This document shows, in pieces, positions 11,792 to 23,625 of a stretch of DNA of 64,000 nt. The position numbers and the translations under genes are program-made. This DNA is from Tieghemostelium lacteum (lineage: Eukaryota), in the NCBI GenBank assembly GCA_001606155.1, contig LODT01000028.1:406735-470734 (forward strand), given 5' to 3'. The notes beneath the pieces were generated by a model. It was given only the letters and a program-made list of their open reading frames with translations, had not been told where the DNA came from and did no database searches. Numbering within the stretch: position 1 is the stretch's first letter; each line of letters opens with the position of its first letter.

Positions 11792-12196
11792 TTCTACATT
11801 TATAAAGTACTTTTTTTTTTATCGATTTGGTAATATAATTAATATTTAATTTGGTTGTATTATACAATATATATATAAATAAAAAAACTAGATAGAATGA
11901 GATATGGATAGAGTGATTTAGCTGTTCATTATTTTCCAAAAATATAAAGTGTCATAAATTATAGTATAGATAGAAATTGTATATATAAGAAACAACTTTT
12001 AAAAAATAAACTAGTACTAGTTTTGAAGTTATTTTTTGTTGTTTTTTCGTTTCAAATTGATTATTACTACTGATAAATAGTTAAATAAATTATTGGATTT
12101 TGGTTGATTATTATTTGTTTTTTGTTTGTTTTGCTTGTGAAAATAATAGTATTTTTTAATATATAGGGAGAAAGATGGATTTAAATAACAGTACTA

Positions 12197-13153
12197 GCGT
12201 GGTGTTGTGGTTAAAGATGAGTGGGGATGGATAGAAATTATATAAAAAATGTTTAATAAGATGTAGGAATAAATTCCATTGATCTAAAAATTATAATAAT
12301 TTTTTTTTGGGATATTGATGTGTGACTACTATCACTTATTTAAAAAAATTACTATTAGGAATCGAAATTTAAGATCTAAAAATATAACTCTATAACACAC
12401 TCTCCACTAATTTAACCCCACCCCAATTTTCACACTAGACATTATTTTTTCGTGTTTTTTTATAGCACTAAATCTCAATAGAGGGAGATGAAATCGGTAT
12501 ATAAAAAATTATACAACTACTAATCATCCACAATAATAAAAATATTACAACAACAAAAACACAATCATTATAAAAACAGAAATAAAATCACATAAAATTC
12601 GAAATTAAACACAATTAAAACAAAATAAATCTGATTTTTTAACAATTAAAAAAACAACTGCAATAACAACAACAACAACAACAATCAAAAATTGCAAGGA
12701 TAATATAACTAAAAATAAATCAAAAATCATGCTGATTAAAATAAATTGATACTTACAATTTATCTAAATATATACTTTAAAATAATCTAATAATAATGAA
12801 TAAATTGATTACAGTGAAGAATCAATATTAATATAAATTCTTTATATTTATATTTATATGAATAGGTACATTGAATATTGTAACCTTTTAATCCAATAAA
12901 CCAAATTTTAAAAAAATAAATAAATAATTACCTGTACCACAACCAAATAAATATATTTCTAAATAAAAAAATGGTGTAGAAGAAATTGTTAAAAGTAACT
13001 TAAAGTAGAATTACTTTTAAGTAAATTTCTCTTGTTTTAAAAAGTGAACATGAGTAATCAATTATGAATTCGTATCACTGTTTATCTTTTTATATCAAGT
13101 TATATAAATATATCAAGTAATTTTTTAAAATGTGTGTGGTGTGAGTGTGGTGA
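12197..13153. promoter_or_regulatory. Intergenic region with GT-rich/CA-rich G-box-like clusters
   Basis: GCGTGGTGTTGTGGTTAAAGATGAGTGGGGATGG lies at 12197-12230, ACACACTCTCCACTAATTTAACCCCACCCCAATTTTCACAC at about 12405-12437, and TGTGTGTGGTGTGAGTGTGGTG at 13131-13153. These stand out in otherwise more than 80% AT DNA upstream of the 11791 start. Confidence 0.35.
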
Positions 13154-13192
13154 TATTTAAAAAAAAAAAATTATACTAATAATGTTATTCTA

Positions 13193-13624
13193 TTAACTAT
13201 TTTGATATGCAATTATTAATTGTTGAGTGTCATAAAGTGGAATAGAAGAGAAATTGACATAGGTTGTAGTTGTAATACTACTATTTGTTGTAAATGTGGG
13301 ATTGTTTTGATTGTAGCTTTTAATTTCATTCAATAATTGAAATTGAATAAACATTTGGTCAATGTGGTGTCTTCTTTGAATAATGTCATGTTTTAGCAGA
13401 TTAATGTCAACCAAAGAGACATTAGTTTCTATTGATTCAATTTTTTTTGGTTCAGATAATTTGAATAGTTTTGACTTAACATTTTTAAAAGATTTTTCTA
13501 TTTTAGTTTTTGTTATCTTTTCTTTACCTATTTTATATATTTGGATAAGAATTAGAATTTAAAGTAAATTAGTAATATAATAATACATACTTAGAACTTT
13601 TGGATTTCTTTTATTTGAATCCAT
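13193..13624 (-). CDS. Small (122 aa) hypothetical protein, two exons
   Basis: Exon 1 is 13591..13624 (MDSNKRNPKVL) with a GTATGT donor. The intron is 13528..13590 (63 nt) and ends AAAATAG. Exon 2 is 13193..13527. The total is 369 nt, or 123 codons. The track ORF 13193..13414 is the 3' part. Confidence 0.55.
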
Positions 13625-13747
13625 TGTTACCAATCTATTTAAAAAGGGGTAGAGAAAGAGTAATGACAATACATTTGAAAATTTGGAAATTTCATATTGT
13701 TTTATTCTATCCTATTTAATTAATTATTATATATTATTTGAAAATAC

Positions 13748-14962
13748 CTAATCGAGTGTTGATGATTTTTGTTTAAGATCAATAGTGTATTTTTTGTCAA
13801 CCCCACTCACACCGCTATCAGTAGTTGAGGTAATATCTGATTTGGTAAAACTTTTATCATTAATTTCTTGATTTTGCTTTTCAATATTATCAGTTTCCTC
13901 TTTACTTAGTTCTTTAAATTCTATAACATTCTTTGTCATATCAATTTCATTGGTTGTAGTAGTTGTAGTAGTTGTAGTAGTAGTTTTATCATCAGTTTTA
14001 GTTTTCTTATCAGCTAATGATAAAGCTTCCATATCTTTAATAACTACATCAAATGAAAACTTTTGTGGGTGATGATTAAACAATTGTAAATGTTGATATT
14101 TACTATCATCAAGTAAATACATTTGTGTTTGTTGATATAAATAATTGGCCTGAATAGAATTCAAAACCTCACTATATGACAGCAGAGTGTTAGTATTACA
14201 AACCAACCTAATACTAAAAAGAATATATAGGTGTACATACAAATTTGGATCAGCTCTCATTAAAACTATACCTTTGGAATCGATAAGATCTGTATAATGA
14301 GTTGCAGTTAACCAAGGTACAGCATTTACTGAATACTTTTTATATTGTTCTAAATAGGTATAAACAAAATGGTCACCTTGATTCTGGTATAGAATGGAAA
14401 TGTATCCTTTGTCACCTGGTAATGGGAATACAAATAGTGGGTTTTGTTTGGCTCTATCAATCATCTTTCTATAGGTTGCAGCTGGAATGACAGCACATAT
14501 ACAATCCTTTACAGAATGATACTGAATCCATAGATCTTTAATAGTTTTTACATCCTCTTTCATAAGTTTCTCTAATTTAACAACTTCATTCAAAGTTGCA
14601 GGTGGTCCCACATATTGTTTACTCTGAGATGAGTATCCTGGGTTGGTTGTATAGTATCTGTTACCTGCCAATGCCTCTGCACATTGTGAAATCTTAATAG
14701 ATGGTTGCATTGGTTTCTTTGTTCCATTATTATTATTATTTACTAATGTATTTTGATTCTTTGTTGTTGTTGAACTAGTGCTATTGTTTGTAGTTGTGGT
14801 TGTGGTTTTTATAAATTTATTACTATTATTAGAAATAGATGGACTTTGTCCACTCTGATTCTTTAATTTATTAAATAATGTTGATTGTGACATAATTTTT
14901 GAATCTCTAACAAATTTTAATAATGAGGTACTGGAATTTTGTATCAATCTACTTGAGATCAT
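13748..14962 (-). CDS. Mitochondrial F1-ATPase assembly factor ATP11 (ATPAF1)
   Basis: Conserved ATP11 core: LNEVVKLEKLMKEDVKTIKDLWIQYH...AVIPAATYRKMIDRAKQNPLFVFPLPGDKGY...TYLEQYKKYSVNAVPWLTATHYTDLIDSKGIVLMRADPN. A likely in-frame intron lies at 14172..14240 (69 nt, GTATGT..TACTAAC..TAG), giving exons 14241..14962 and 13748..14171. Confidence 0.8.
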   Translation of the reverse strand: MISSRLIQNSSTSLLKFVRDSKIMSQSTLFNKLKNQSGQSPSISNNSNKFIKTTTTTTNNSTSSTTTKNQNTLVNNNNNGTKKPMQPSIKISQCAEALAGNRYYTTNPGYSSQSKQYVGPPATLNEVVKLEKLMKEDVKTIKDLWIQYHSVKDCICAVIPAATYRKMIDRAKQNPLFVFPLPGDKGYISILYQNQGDHFVYTYLEQYKKYSVNAVPWLTATHYTDLIDSKGIVLMRADPNLYVHLYILFSIRLVCNTNTLLSYSEVLNSIQANYLYQQTQMYLLDDSKYQHLQLFNHHPQKFSFDVVIKDMEALSLADKKTKTDDKTTTTTTTTTTTNEIDMTKNVIEFKELSKEETDNIEKQNQEINDKSFTKSDITSTTDSGVSGVDKKYTIDLKQKSSTLD

Positions 14963-15271
14963 ATTTAATCGAAAAATAAAAAAAAAATTAAAATTAAAAT
15001 GAATTCATTTTATTTATACCAGATAGAATAATATTATAGTAAAGAAGTATTAAACGATAGAACATGTATTTGATAATGTAAAAGAATTTCAGAGTAAACA
15101 CATAATTACAATAAAAATATTTATTTACTAAGAAAACCTTAAGATGGTTTTGGTTTTTTTCTAAATTATTTTTTTTACAGTTATTCCATCATCCAATCAT
15201 TTTTTTAAAACTCAAAAAATCCACCCTTTTTTTCTTCATTTCCTTAATTCCTTTTTTATTATATATCGAGA

Positions 15272-16972
15272 ATGACCCATACTAGAGAGGAGCTCGAAAA
15301 GAAACTCTACAAAGAGATTGTAGCTATAGCTAAATCTCTTGAAGTCAAGGCATCTGGTAAAAAAGATGAAATAATAGATAGAATTTTATCTAGTGGTTCT
15401 GAGGAATCAAGTGAAAAGACTACAACTACCACTACAACCACCACTAATACTACAAGTACACCTTCTACAAAGAAACCAGCACCAAAAAGAAAGTTAGAGA
15501 CAAAAGAAGAATCTGAGGAAGAAGAATCTGAAGAGGAAGTTGTTGAAGAAAAAGTAAAGAAAGCTGCCGCCAAACCTAAACCAGCTGCCAGTAAGAAGAA
15601 AGCTGCTGCTAAGAAAGCTACTACTACCCGTTCTACTAAGAAACATAAGAAAGAGGCTGAAGAAGAAGAAGATGTTGAAATGGATAAAGAAGATGAAGAA
15701 GAAGATGGTGATGAAGACATGTCAATTGATCCAAATAATAATAATGTAAAGTCAAAGTCTCCAGACGTAAAACAAACTGTTTCTGCTAAGAAAGGTCCAA
15801 AGAGTTCTATTGAGCTAAAGAAATGGCATACTAAAGGATCTATTGTCTACTACCTTGACGAATATATCAGTAAACCAAAGATTGCTGGTTTCGATTTGGA
15901 TTACACCATTGTCAAGACTAAAAGTGGTAATGTACATTCTATAAACGCTAATGATTGGTTATGGTGGAACACTGTAGTCCCAGAGAGATTAGTTGAAAAG
16001 TACAAGGAAGGATACCACATTGTCATCTTTTCTAACCAAGGTGGTATTAAATCAGGTTCTCAACGTGATAATGTGAAATACAATGCCATTACTAAGAAGA
16101 TCTTGGCCATTGCTGATGAACTAAAGATCCCAATTGGTTGCTTTATAGCCACTGATGATGATATCAACAAGAAACCAAGCAAGAGCATGTGGGATTTCAT
16201 GTTGGAGGAATGTACCGATGGTTCTGATATACCAATTCAAATATCCGAAAGTTTCTATGTTGGTGATGCTGCTGGAAGACCAGAAGGATGGAAACCTGGT
16301 GCCAAGGCTGATTTCTCCAATTCTGACTCAGGATTTGCCAAAACTGTTGGTATGGAATTCCAGACCCCAGAGCAGTTTTTTCTCGACGAGCCACCTTTTG
16401 AAGTAAACCTTTCTGAATTAATTCCTGCTGCACCACGTACTGGTGCAGTCGTTGAAGGTGGCTCGATTACTTGTAAGGAATTTGAGATGGTTATCTTTGT
16501 AGGGTTCCCTGCCAGTGGCAAATCCACATTTGCCCGAAAACACTATGAACCTGCCGGCTATGTCATTGTCAATGGTGACACACTGAAATCAAAACCTGCA
16601 CAGATTAAACTCGCAAAACAAAGCTTAGCAGAAAAAAAATCTGTTGTAATTGATAATACCAATGGACTGAGCTCCACCAGAGCTGAATGGATTGCATTAG
16701 CAAAACAATATGGTGCTTCTATTAGATGTTTTAGATTTAGAACCTCCTATGATTTAGCTATGCATTTGAACTATTACAGGGAGAGAACATTGAATGTCAA
16801 ACACATCTCAGAGATGGTCTATCGTATTTTCAACAAAAACCTTGTAGAACCAACCCTTTCTGAAGGTTTCAAAGAAATCAATTTTGTAAATTTTATTTTA
16901 GATATAAAACCAGAACAAGAGTCCCAATATTTCATTGCAAATCCCAAAGCAAAATCAAAAAAAACTAAATAA
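15272..16972 (+). CDS. pnkp: Polynucleotide kinase 3'-phosphatase (PNKP) with an N-terminal SAP motif and a Lys/Glu-rich linker
   Basis: HAD phosphatase motif FDLDYTIVKTKSG..FSNQGGI..VGDAAGR, followed by the P-loop kinase VGFPASGKSTFARK. The N-terminal LYKEIVAIAKSLEVKASGKKDEIIDRILS fits a SAP helix-extended-helix. Confidence 0.9.
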   Translation: MTHTREELEKKLYKEIVAIAKSLEVKASGKKDEIIDRILSSGSEESSEKTTTTTTTTTNTTSTPSTKKPAPKRKLETKEESEEEESEEEVVEEKVKKAAAKPKPAASKKKAAAKKATTTRSTKKHKKEAEEEEDVEMDKEDEEEDGDEDMSIDPNNNNVKSKSPDVKQTVSAKKGPKSSIELKKWHTKGSIVYYLDEYISKPKIAGFDLDYTIVKTKSGNVHSINANDWLWWNTVVPERLVEKYKEGYHIVIFSNQGGIKSGSQRDNVKYNAITKKILAIADELKIPIGCFIATDDDINKKPSKSMWDFMLEECTDGSDIPIQISESFYVGDAAGRPEGWKPGAKADFSNSDSGFAKTVGMEFQTPEQFFLDEPPFEVNLSELIPAAPRTGAVVEGGSITCKEFEMVIFVGFPASGKSTFARKHYEPAGYVIVNGDTLKSKPAQIKLAKQSLAEKKSVVIDNTNGLSSTRAEWIALAKQYGASIRCFRFRTSYDLAMHLNYYRERTLNVKHISEMVYRIFNKNLVEPTLSEGFKEINFVNFILDIKPEQESQYFIANPKAKSKKTK

Positions 16973-17113
16973 TAATAATACCCATTTACACATTTATTTA
17001 AACAACAAATAAACACTTTTATCTCTTTGCTAAAAAAATCATGTTATTACATTTTTTGAAAATATTTTTTTTTTTTTTTGAAATCAGATTACAGTGATCG
17101 TGTTTGCATAAAA

Positions 17114-17844
17114 ATGAATTTCCTTGGTCACTTATCCAAACTTTCATTTAATATCTTAACACAAGTACCAGTTCAATTAAACCATGTTGTTAAAAGAGGT
17201 TTATTTGTTCGTGGTAAAAATATAGTAAGAGAAGTAGATCCAAATGCACCAAAGTAAATTTCATATCTATTTGACCATATTAGACATTCATAGACCAAAC
17301 AAATATTGATGATTATCTGTAAATATATAGAGTATATAAAATCAGACATATCTACTGTGAGAATCGTATAGTTAGAGGAAAAGCAGGTGTAAAGAAATTA
17401 AGATATTTAGATTTTGTACCAGCAACTATATCAGGTGGTGGATTGCCATATCAACATATAACAGTAGAGTGGAATAGAATCTCTGGTTTACTTCAAACCA
17501 ACAACTTTTATAAAGATAGAAAGTACATTTTGAATATTGGTGACAAAGAGAAAGTTGTCGGTAAATTGGCATTTGCTCAGTTGCATCCAACTACCGAGAG
17601 AACTTTATTTATTAAATTTACAAGAACCACTGATGACCCTACAACTCTTTTAGAAGAAACTCTACCTAATATTGTAGAACAAAAACAAAAAGATGAACAA
17701 AACATGATCAGAATGGAAAAAAGAAGACAAGCTAGAGCACTTCAGAATATTGACTTGTCATTTAAACCATCTATTAAAAAGAGCGATTTACAACAACAAC
17801 AACAAGAACAACAAAAAAAATCAAAACCTTCTACTAAAAAATAA
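17114..17844 (+). CDS. Hypothetical basic protein, two exons (function not assignable)
   Basis: Exon 1 is 17114..17253 (MNFLGHLSKLSFNILTQVPVQLNHVVKRGLFVRGKNIVREVDPNAPK). The intron is 17254..17330 (GTAAAT..ATATAG, 77 nt). Exon 2 is 17331..17844. The phase agrees with track ORF 17443..17844. Confidence 0.6.
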
Positions 17845-18008
17845 ATTTCAATAATATATATATACATAGAGACACTCAGTAATAATAATAATTATAAGAA
17901 TGAAGATTAAAAAATGTAATTATAAATAGGTATAGGTGGGTGGGGGTTGGTAATTTATTAAAATTTGGTTATGTGAATATAGGGAAGGATATTTATATAT
18001 GTTTTTTT

Positions 18009-20325
18009 TTACAATTGCAATTGCATAGTGGTATCAGCAACTTTATCATTCATTATCAAATCGTCATCATATTGGTGGTTTGAGACTATGGATTCATTAT
18101 GTTCATTATCATAATTATGGTGATGAGATGATTTTAAAGCTGAATTGAAAATTGGTTGTTGAAGAGGAGATGTGTTTCCACTACTACTACTACTACTACT
18201 TCCACTAGTTGAACTAAAATTACTGTGAACTGAACTTGTTGAATTTATAGACAACTGAGATGGCATTGGTTTTTTAAGATTACTATTAGTGTGCACTGAA
18301 TGTATTTGATTGAATTGGTTGATATTGTTTTCCTTGTTTTGCTTTTTCTTTAGTGCTGATGAACTGGTCTGGGTCTTCAAATGTGTAAGTTCAGAGATAA
18401 TAGGTTGTTTCAGTTTCTTTACAGCTCTTGGTGAGTTGTTATTTATAGGAGACAATGGGAACCGTTTCTTATTAGCTGTATTCTGTATCATTTTACCATA
18501 GGGTGAGGAAAGTAATTCTTGTTGTTTCAGCATTTGTATACGAGATGTTGGGGTTTTTGGTGTAGATGGTGTAGTAGTTTGTTGTTGTAGTTTCTTTTGT
18601 GGAGTTTTATTACCACTAGTAGAGGATGATGTACTAGTTTTATGTGAATTATTATTGTTACTGTTATTTTGACTATTACTACCATTACTAGTAGTAGATT
18701 GTTTATGATTTTGTAATAGTTTCTCTCTGTCTTTACGGATCTTTTCAGATTCTTTTAATTTTTTTTCATGTTCATATTGTTGGTGCATTAATTCCAAATA
18801 AGGAAACCCTTCATAACAAAATGGAGTTCCACGAGATTGATGCCATTGATGTAACTGTTTTTTCAGAGTCTCTTCAATTTGTGGGAGTTTCTGAAAGGTT
18901 TTTCTGAGTTTTTCTTCCTGGATAAATCTACCTCTATCGAATTTCTTGGAGAGTAGTCTTTCCTTATCACCAATAACAGTCTGTTCGTATTCAATCTTGT
19001 CATTTCTAATCTGTTCTCTCTTTTCAATGAGTGCTAACAGAGGTTTGGAAACCTCTAGAATCTCTTCAACTCTTTCCACTTCTCTCTCGTAGACTTCGAG
19101 TAACTCTTCACTTTCCTCCTCACAATTATGATTCTCATATATTTCATTTAACTGGTCCAGTGGTAAATGTAATTGAGCGTATATAACATGAATTCTTGAG
19201 ACTGCTCTGTTAATGTACTGACTAAGAGTAGCTTTTCTCAAATCGGATACTCTCTGAAGTTCCTCTTCACAAGCTTCGATGACATCGTATCCAAGTCCTG
19301 CTGTCTTTGAGAAGAATGATTCACGTTCGTCTTCAGGTACCTCTAATTTATCCCATAGTGATGTGATCTTTGTTGCATATTCTTTTACTATAATTTCATG
19401 TTCATTCTTGATTACTATTAATTTATCTCTCTTTTGTTCCAAAGTAGTCAAAGTACCCAAACTCAGACTTATTGGTGATTTTACATCTAAACTGTCTACC
19501 TGTGTCATCAAAAGTATTGATTGTTCAAATTCAGTTTCTGGTGAGAATCTTAGTTCTTCCCATAACTCTAATATCTCAATTGACAATTCCCTAATTGAAT
19601 TAAATTGTGTATCCTATAATATCATATTCCAAATATATTAGAAAATATACAATTTCCATCCATTCCTATACCCCCTATATTTACTCTTTGAATCTTTGTT
19701 GTATTTAAAATTTTTTGAACAGAAGATATTCTTTCCATTGAATAATCATTATGCATAGTGTCATCATGTGAATGTAAATTTGATTTCATCTCCATCTCTT
19801 GTGAAAGTTCATCAATTTTTGATTCCAAATCATCTATAATAATCATTCTATCTTGAATTCTTTTTCTCAATTTACTTAATTCTGATTCAATATATTGTGA
19901 TCTCTGTAATAAATTCAATGATGCCAATGTTTGATGACACTTTTTAAACCATTGTTAATATTATCCATAAACTATTCCAAACCATTACAAATCAACTAAA
20001 CCTACCTCTTTAACAGTCTCGCCTAATTCAGTAGTCATTGTACAAAGTGTTTCAAGTCCATTTATAATCTCTTTCACTATATCATCTTTCTTTTTCTCCT
20101 CACCTTTTAAAAGGTCAGTATAGATATTTAAAACCTGTAATTGAGCTCTGTTAATTTAAAACTAATGTTAATACCTAATGAATTTCAAATAATTATTCAA
20201 TCTATAATATGAGAGATTACAAACAAATCACATAATGATTTTCTATAATTTTGGTCAAATCCAATCTCATCCCAAACTCTAACTGTTTTTGTTAAGAGAT
20301 CTTTAATGTCCAATTCTATACTCAT
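18009..20325 (-). CDS. Microtubule-bundling protein of the PRC1/Ase1/MAP65 family, four exons
   Basis: Proposed exons are 20221..20325, 20006..20134, 19685..19939 and 18009..19613, with introns of 86, 66 and 71 nt. The last two junctions are phase-checked against the track ORFs. MAP65/Ase1 signature blocks are present (SLWDKLEVPEDERESFFSK, spectrin-like helical region), followed by a basic S/T/N-rich tail. The exon 1/2 junction is less certain. Confidence 0.75.
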
Positions 20326-20510
20326 TTTCAATAATTAGAAAACTTTGAACAATTAAATGTGGTTGTGTTTTAATCAATTTAATGAAAAGAAGTGTAATTT
20401 CAAAAAAATTTAATCTAACGGTCATTAATTTTTTGAATTTTTAAAAAAGACCGCAATATTATAATAACTTCAATAATTCTTTGGACATTTTTAAAATGGT
20501 GTATTAATAC

Positions 20511-20529
20511 AAGGCGCACTAAAATAATA
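20511..20529 (+). promoter_or_regulatory. AAGGCGCACT + AAAATAATA motif, copy 1 (186 bp upstream of the PRC1-like ATG)
   Basis: An isolated GC-rich 10-mer in AT-rich intergenic DNA, identical to the one at 23626. Confidence 0.4.
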
Positions 20530-20557
20530 CTAAATAAATGATCTTTTTACTAATACA

Positions 20558-20758
20558 TTACAATGTATTATAAATATATTTGTAAAAAATCTCTTTTCTT
20601 ATTTCACTAAATGGAAGTTTATCAGAAGTTTGGATTTGTAGTATATCAAATAAATTAATTGGCAAAGATGGTGCTGGATCTTGTTTAAGAATTTCTTCAT
20701 GTAAAGAGTAATGAAAATAAGTATCACAAACATTAGGTTTACCTTTTCGAGGGAAAAT
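20558..20758 (-). other. Coding-looking 66-codon open frame without an ATG (possible unannotated exon)
   Basis: IFPRKGKPNVCDTYFHYSLHEEILKQDPAPSLPINLFDILQIQTSDKLPFSEIRKEIFYKYIYNTL* lies between the PRC1-like and DBR1 genes. The only nearby ATG (20806, MAERNKG*) cannot be joined by an intron of realistic length. Confidence 0.2.
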
Positions 20759-20965
20759 CTAGAACATTTTAGTTCAACCTTTGTTTCTTTCTGCCATGCA
20801 CACCTTCCTCTAGGTTTATGATGGTAAATAAAGAAAATTTCTTTTAATAAATTAGATTTCTTTTAATCTTAATTATTTAGATGAAAATGTTATTTTTCTG
20901 AAAAAAATCACTATTTAATTAATAACTTCAATTTTTTTTTTATTCTTCATTGATATAATTAAAAA

Positions 20966-22395
20966 ATGAGAATTGCAATAGAAGGTTGTTGTCATGGAGA
21001 GGTAGAGACTATATATAATTCATTAGTTCATATAGAACAAAAAACCAATTCAAAAATAGATTTATTACTTTGTTGTGGTGACTATGAGGTTAATATTTAA
21101 AAACTCTACCATTTGAAGATTCAAATATATATATTAATATGATACTAAATGATTTATAGGCACTTAGAAATCAGAGTGATTTAAAGTCATTAGCAGTTAA
21201 AGATAAATATAGACAAATGGGATCATTTTATAAATATTATAGTGGTGAATTAGTTGCACCGATATTGACATTGGTAATTGGAGGTAACCATGAATCTAGT
21301 AACTACTTTTCAGAGTTACCAAATGGTGGTTGGTTAGCACCAAATATATATTATATGGGTAGAAGTGGTGTTGTGACTTTTGGTGGTTTACGTATCATGG
21401 GAATTTCAGGTATTTACAAACAATATGATTATCAAAAAGGTTATTATGAACGTAAACCTTTTTCAGAGGACCACATACGTTCTATATATCATGTCAGAGA
21501 AATGGATATACTTAAACTATCTGCATTGTCTGTGCCTAGACTAGACATTGCCTTTTCGCACGATTGGCCACTTTCCATTGTAGAATATGGAAATAAAGCA
21601 AAACTACTAAAACAAAAGAAAGGTTTTGAGGAAGACATAAACAAAGATGCTTTAGGTAATCCAGCAACTTTACAATTACTTAGACTTCACAAACCAAAGT
21701 TTTGGTTTTCAGGTCATTGTCATGTAAAGTTCCCAGCAGTTTATCCACATACCACTAAACAAGATCAACAGAATTCCAATGAAAACCTAACTGCAAACAC
21801 ATCTGATAATGATGATAGTAACAATGTGTTGGAAACCAGGTTCTTGGCATTGGATAAAGTACTACCAAATAGAGATTTTCTTCAAGTTTTAGATTTTGAA
21901 GCTAAAGGCTCACTAAAACTATGTTATGATATTCAATGGTTACTGATACTTGCCAAAACACAAGCACAAGTAAAACAACATACAAAATCTACAGCATCAC
22001 CATTGAACCCTAATGACTTTAAAAACCTCTATACTGTAGAGGAAATTGAAAGATTTGAAGGTAGATTTGAACTATTACATCAATTAAAAAACCCAAACAA
22101 CAATAATAAGGAGTTTAGTAAACAAGATATTCTTGAAATACCAAAGAATTTTGTACAGAATGCTTATTGTCATAATGCAAATGATCTAAAGAATATATGC
22201 GCATTTGATGATCCATATTTTGATAACCCACAAGAGATTGTTTTGAATAATTTAATCAATGTTTTATCGAGTAACACAGAAATCAATGAAGAAACACTGA
22301 AACAATTAAATGTAGAAACCTTCTCCAAATCAGTATCTCAACAAAATAAGAAAATTAAATATGTTGATGATTCTGAAATCAATATAGATGATTAA
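20966..22395 (+). CDS. dbr1: RNA lariat debranching enzyme DBR1
   Basis: Exons 20966..21088 and 21160..22395, with intron 21089..21159 (GTTAAT..TTATAG). Metallophosphoesterase motifs are present: MRIAIEGCCHGE, LLLCCGDYE, VIGGNHE, FSHDWP, SGHCH. A DBR1-type C-terminal domain follows. Confidence 0.9.
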
Positions 22396-22471
22396 TAAAA
22401 GTTACACCCCCCATCCTAATATATTTATATTTTGTATAAATGAAACCTGTTACAGTATTCCTTTTATTTTA

Positions 22472-23501
22472 TTATTTAGATTCAGTTGGTGGTGTAGTAG
22501 TTGTATTAGTTTGTGGTACCACTGGTGCTGGTATATTTAAAAGTTTTCTCTTTTGTTCCCATTCATCGGTTTCTCTCTTATTGGTAGTATTCAATGGTTT
22601 ACCAGTTTGAATAGCTTCGATTTCCAGTCTGGTCAATTTAATAGATTCATAAGAGTAATCCATAAAGGCTTCACAAGCAACTGGTACAATTTTTCTAATG
22701 AGAGCAAAAATAGTATTGGCATAATCTCTAATTTCCTTTTGACTGTGTGAGTCCATACGCAATTTAAGGAAATGGAAGAGATTGTGTAAATCAATTTTCC
22801 AGTACCATTCAGTGTATACACTAACTGGTAAACCAATTCTACCAAGTTCTCTACTCAAGCCCTTATCCAAAAGTTCATTATAGGTCTTGTAAGAGCTCTC
22901 TACTTGATCCAAATAGGCAAGAAATTCTTCTGCAGTCTTAGTTTCGAGTTGTTCCTCTCCACCTTGTCTGTTGCTAGCTGATTGTTTTCTGACATCTTCA
23001 ACTTTGGGATGATAAAATTTGTCTGGCATAACAGAATATCTAGCAGAGTATTCGTTAACATTAGCAGTTCTATGTCTAATCCATTGTCTAGCAATGAAAA
23101 CTGGCATTACACAATGAAATTTAAATTCAACCATTTCAAATGGTGCTGTTATTTAATGAGTATAAAGATACTTGGTATTAGTATACAAAGGGATATAATG
23201 TTATATTATAGTGTAAGATTAACATACATGTATGTTGATGTCTGAATAGGTAACGAATTAAACCTTTATCTTCGGAGACTTTTTTGGTACCTGCACCATA
23301 GGAGACTCTTGCAGCTTGTACAATAGAGAAATCAGCAGTTTGACCTACTGGTGCAAGTCTTGGCATACAATCTACCAATGCTACACTTCCATGATCGTGT
23401 ACTTTTACTTCATGACGATGGCTTCCACCCATAACATCATAGTATTCACATTCTGGTTTAGTAATATTAATTTGAATTTGATCAATTTCGTTTTGAATCA
23501 T
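22472..23501 (-). CDS. thyA: Flavin-dependent thymidylate synthase ThyX (Thy1)
   Basis: Exons 23228..23501 and 22472..23145, with intron 23146..23227 (82 nt, GTATGT..AACAG). Splicing gives ..LFRHQHT|[11 protein letters not shown].. followed by the ThyX motif [18 protein letters not shown]. Confidence 0.92.
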
Positions 23502-23625
23502 TTTTACTTTGAATTTTTAATATAATAAATATTTATATAAATAAGAATTATAGATTAGATTATACTGTACACAATAATGAAAATTTAAAAAAAAAAAAAG
23601 TTAAATTAGAATCAAATAAAAAAAA

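Noticed and set aside
15307-15720. 137-aa antisense ORF in the PNKP linker (also 16155..16527 ORFs)
   Set aside because: These are antisense or alternative frames of an acidic/basic low-complexity region and of the conserved phosphatase domain, with no independent support.
20759-20806. A 20-nt GT..AG interval joining ATGGCAGAAAGAAACAAAG to the 20758 open frame
   Set aside because: It is far below the 60-100 nt intron size seen at every other junction in this window, and the phase is also wrong.
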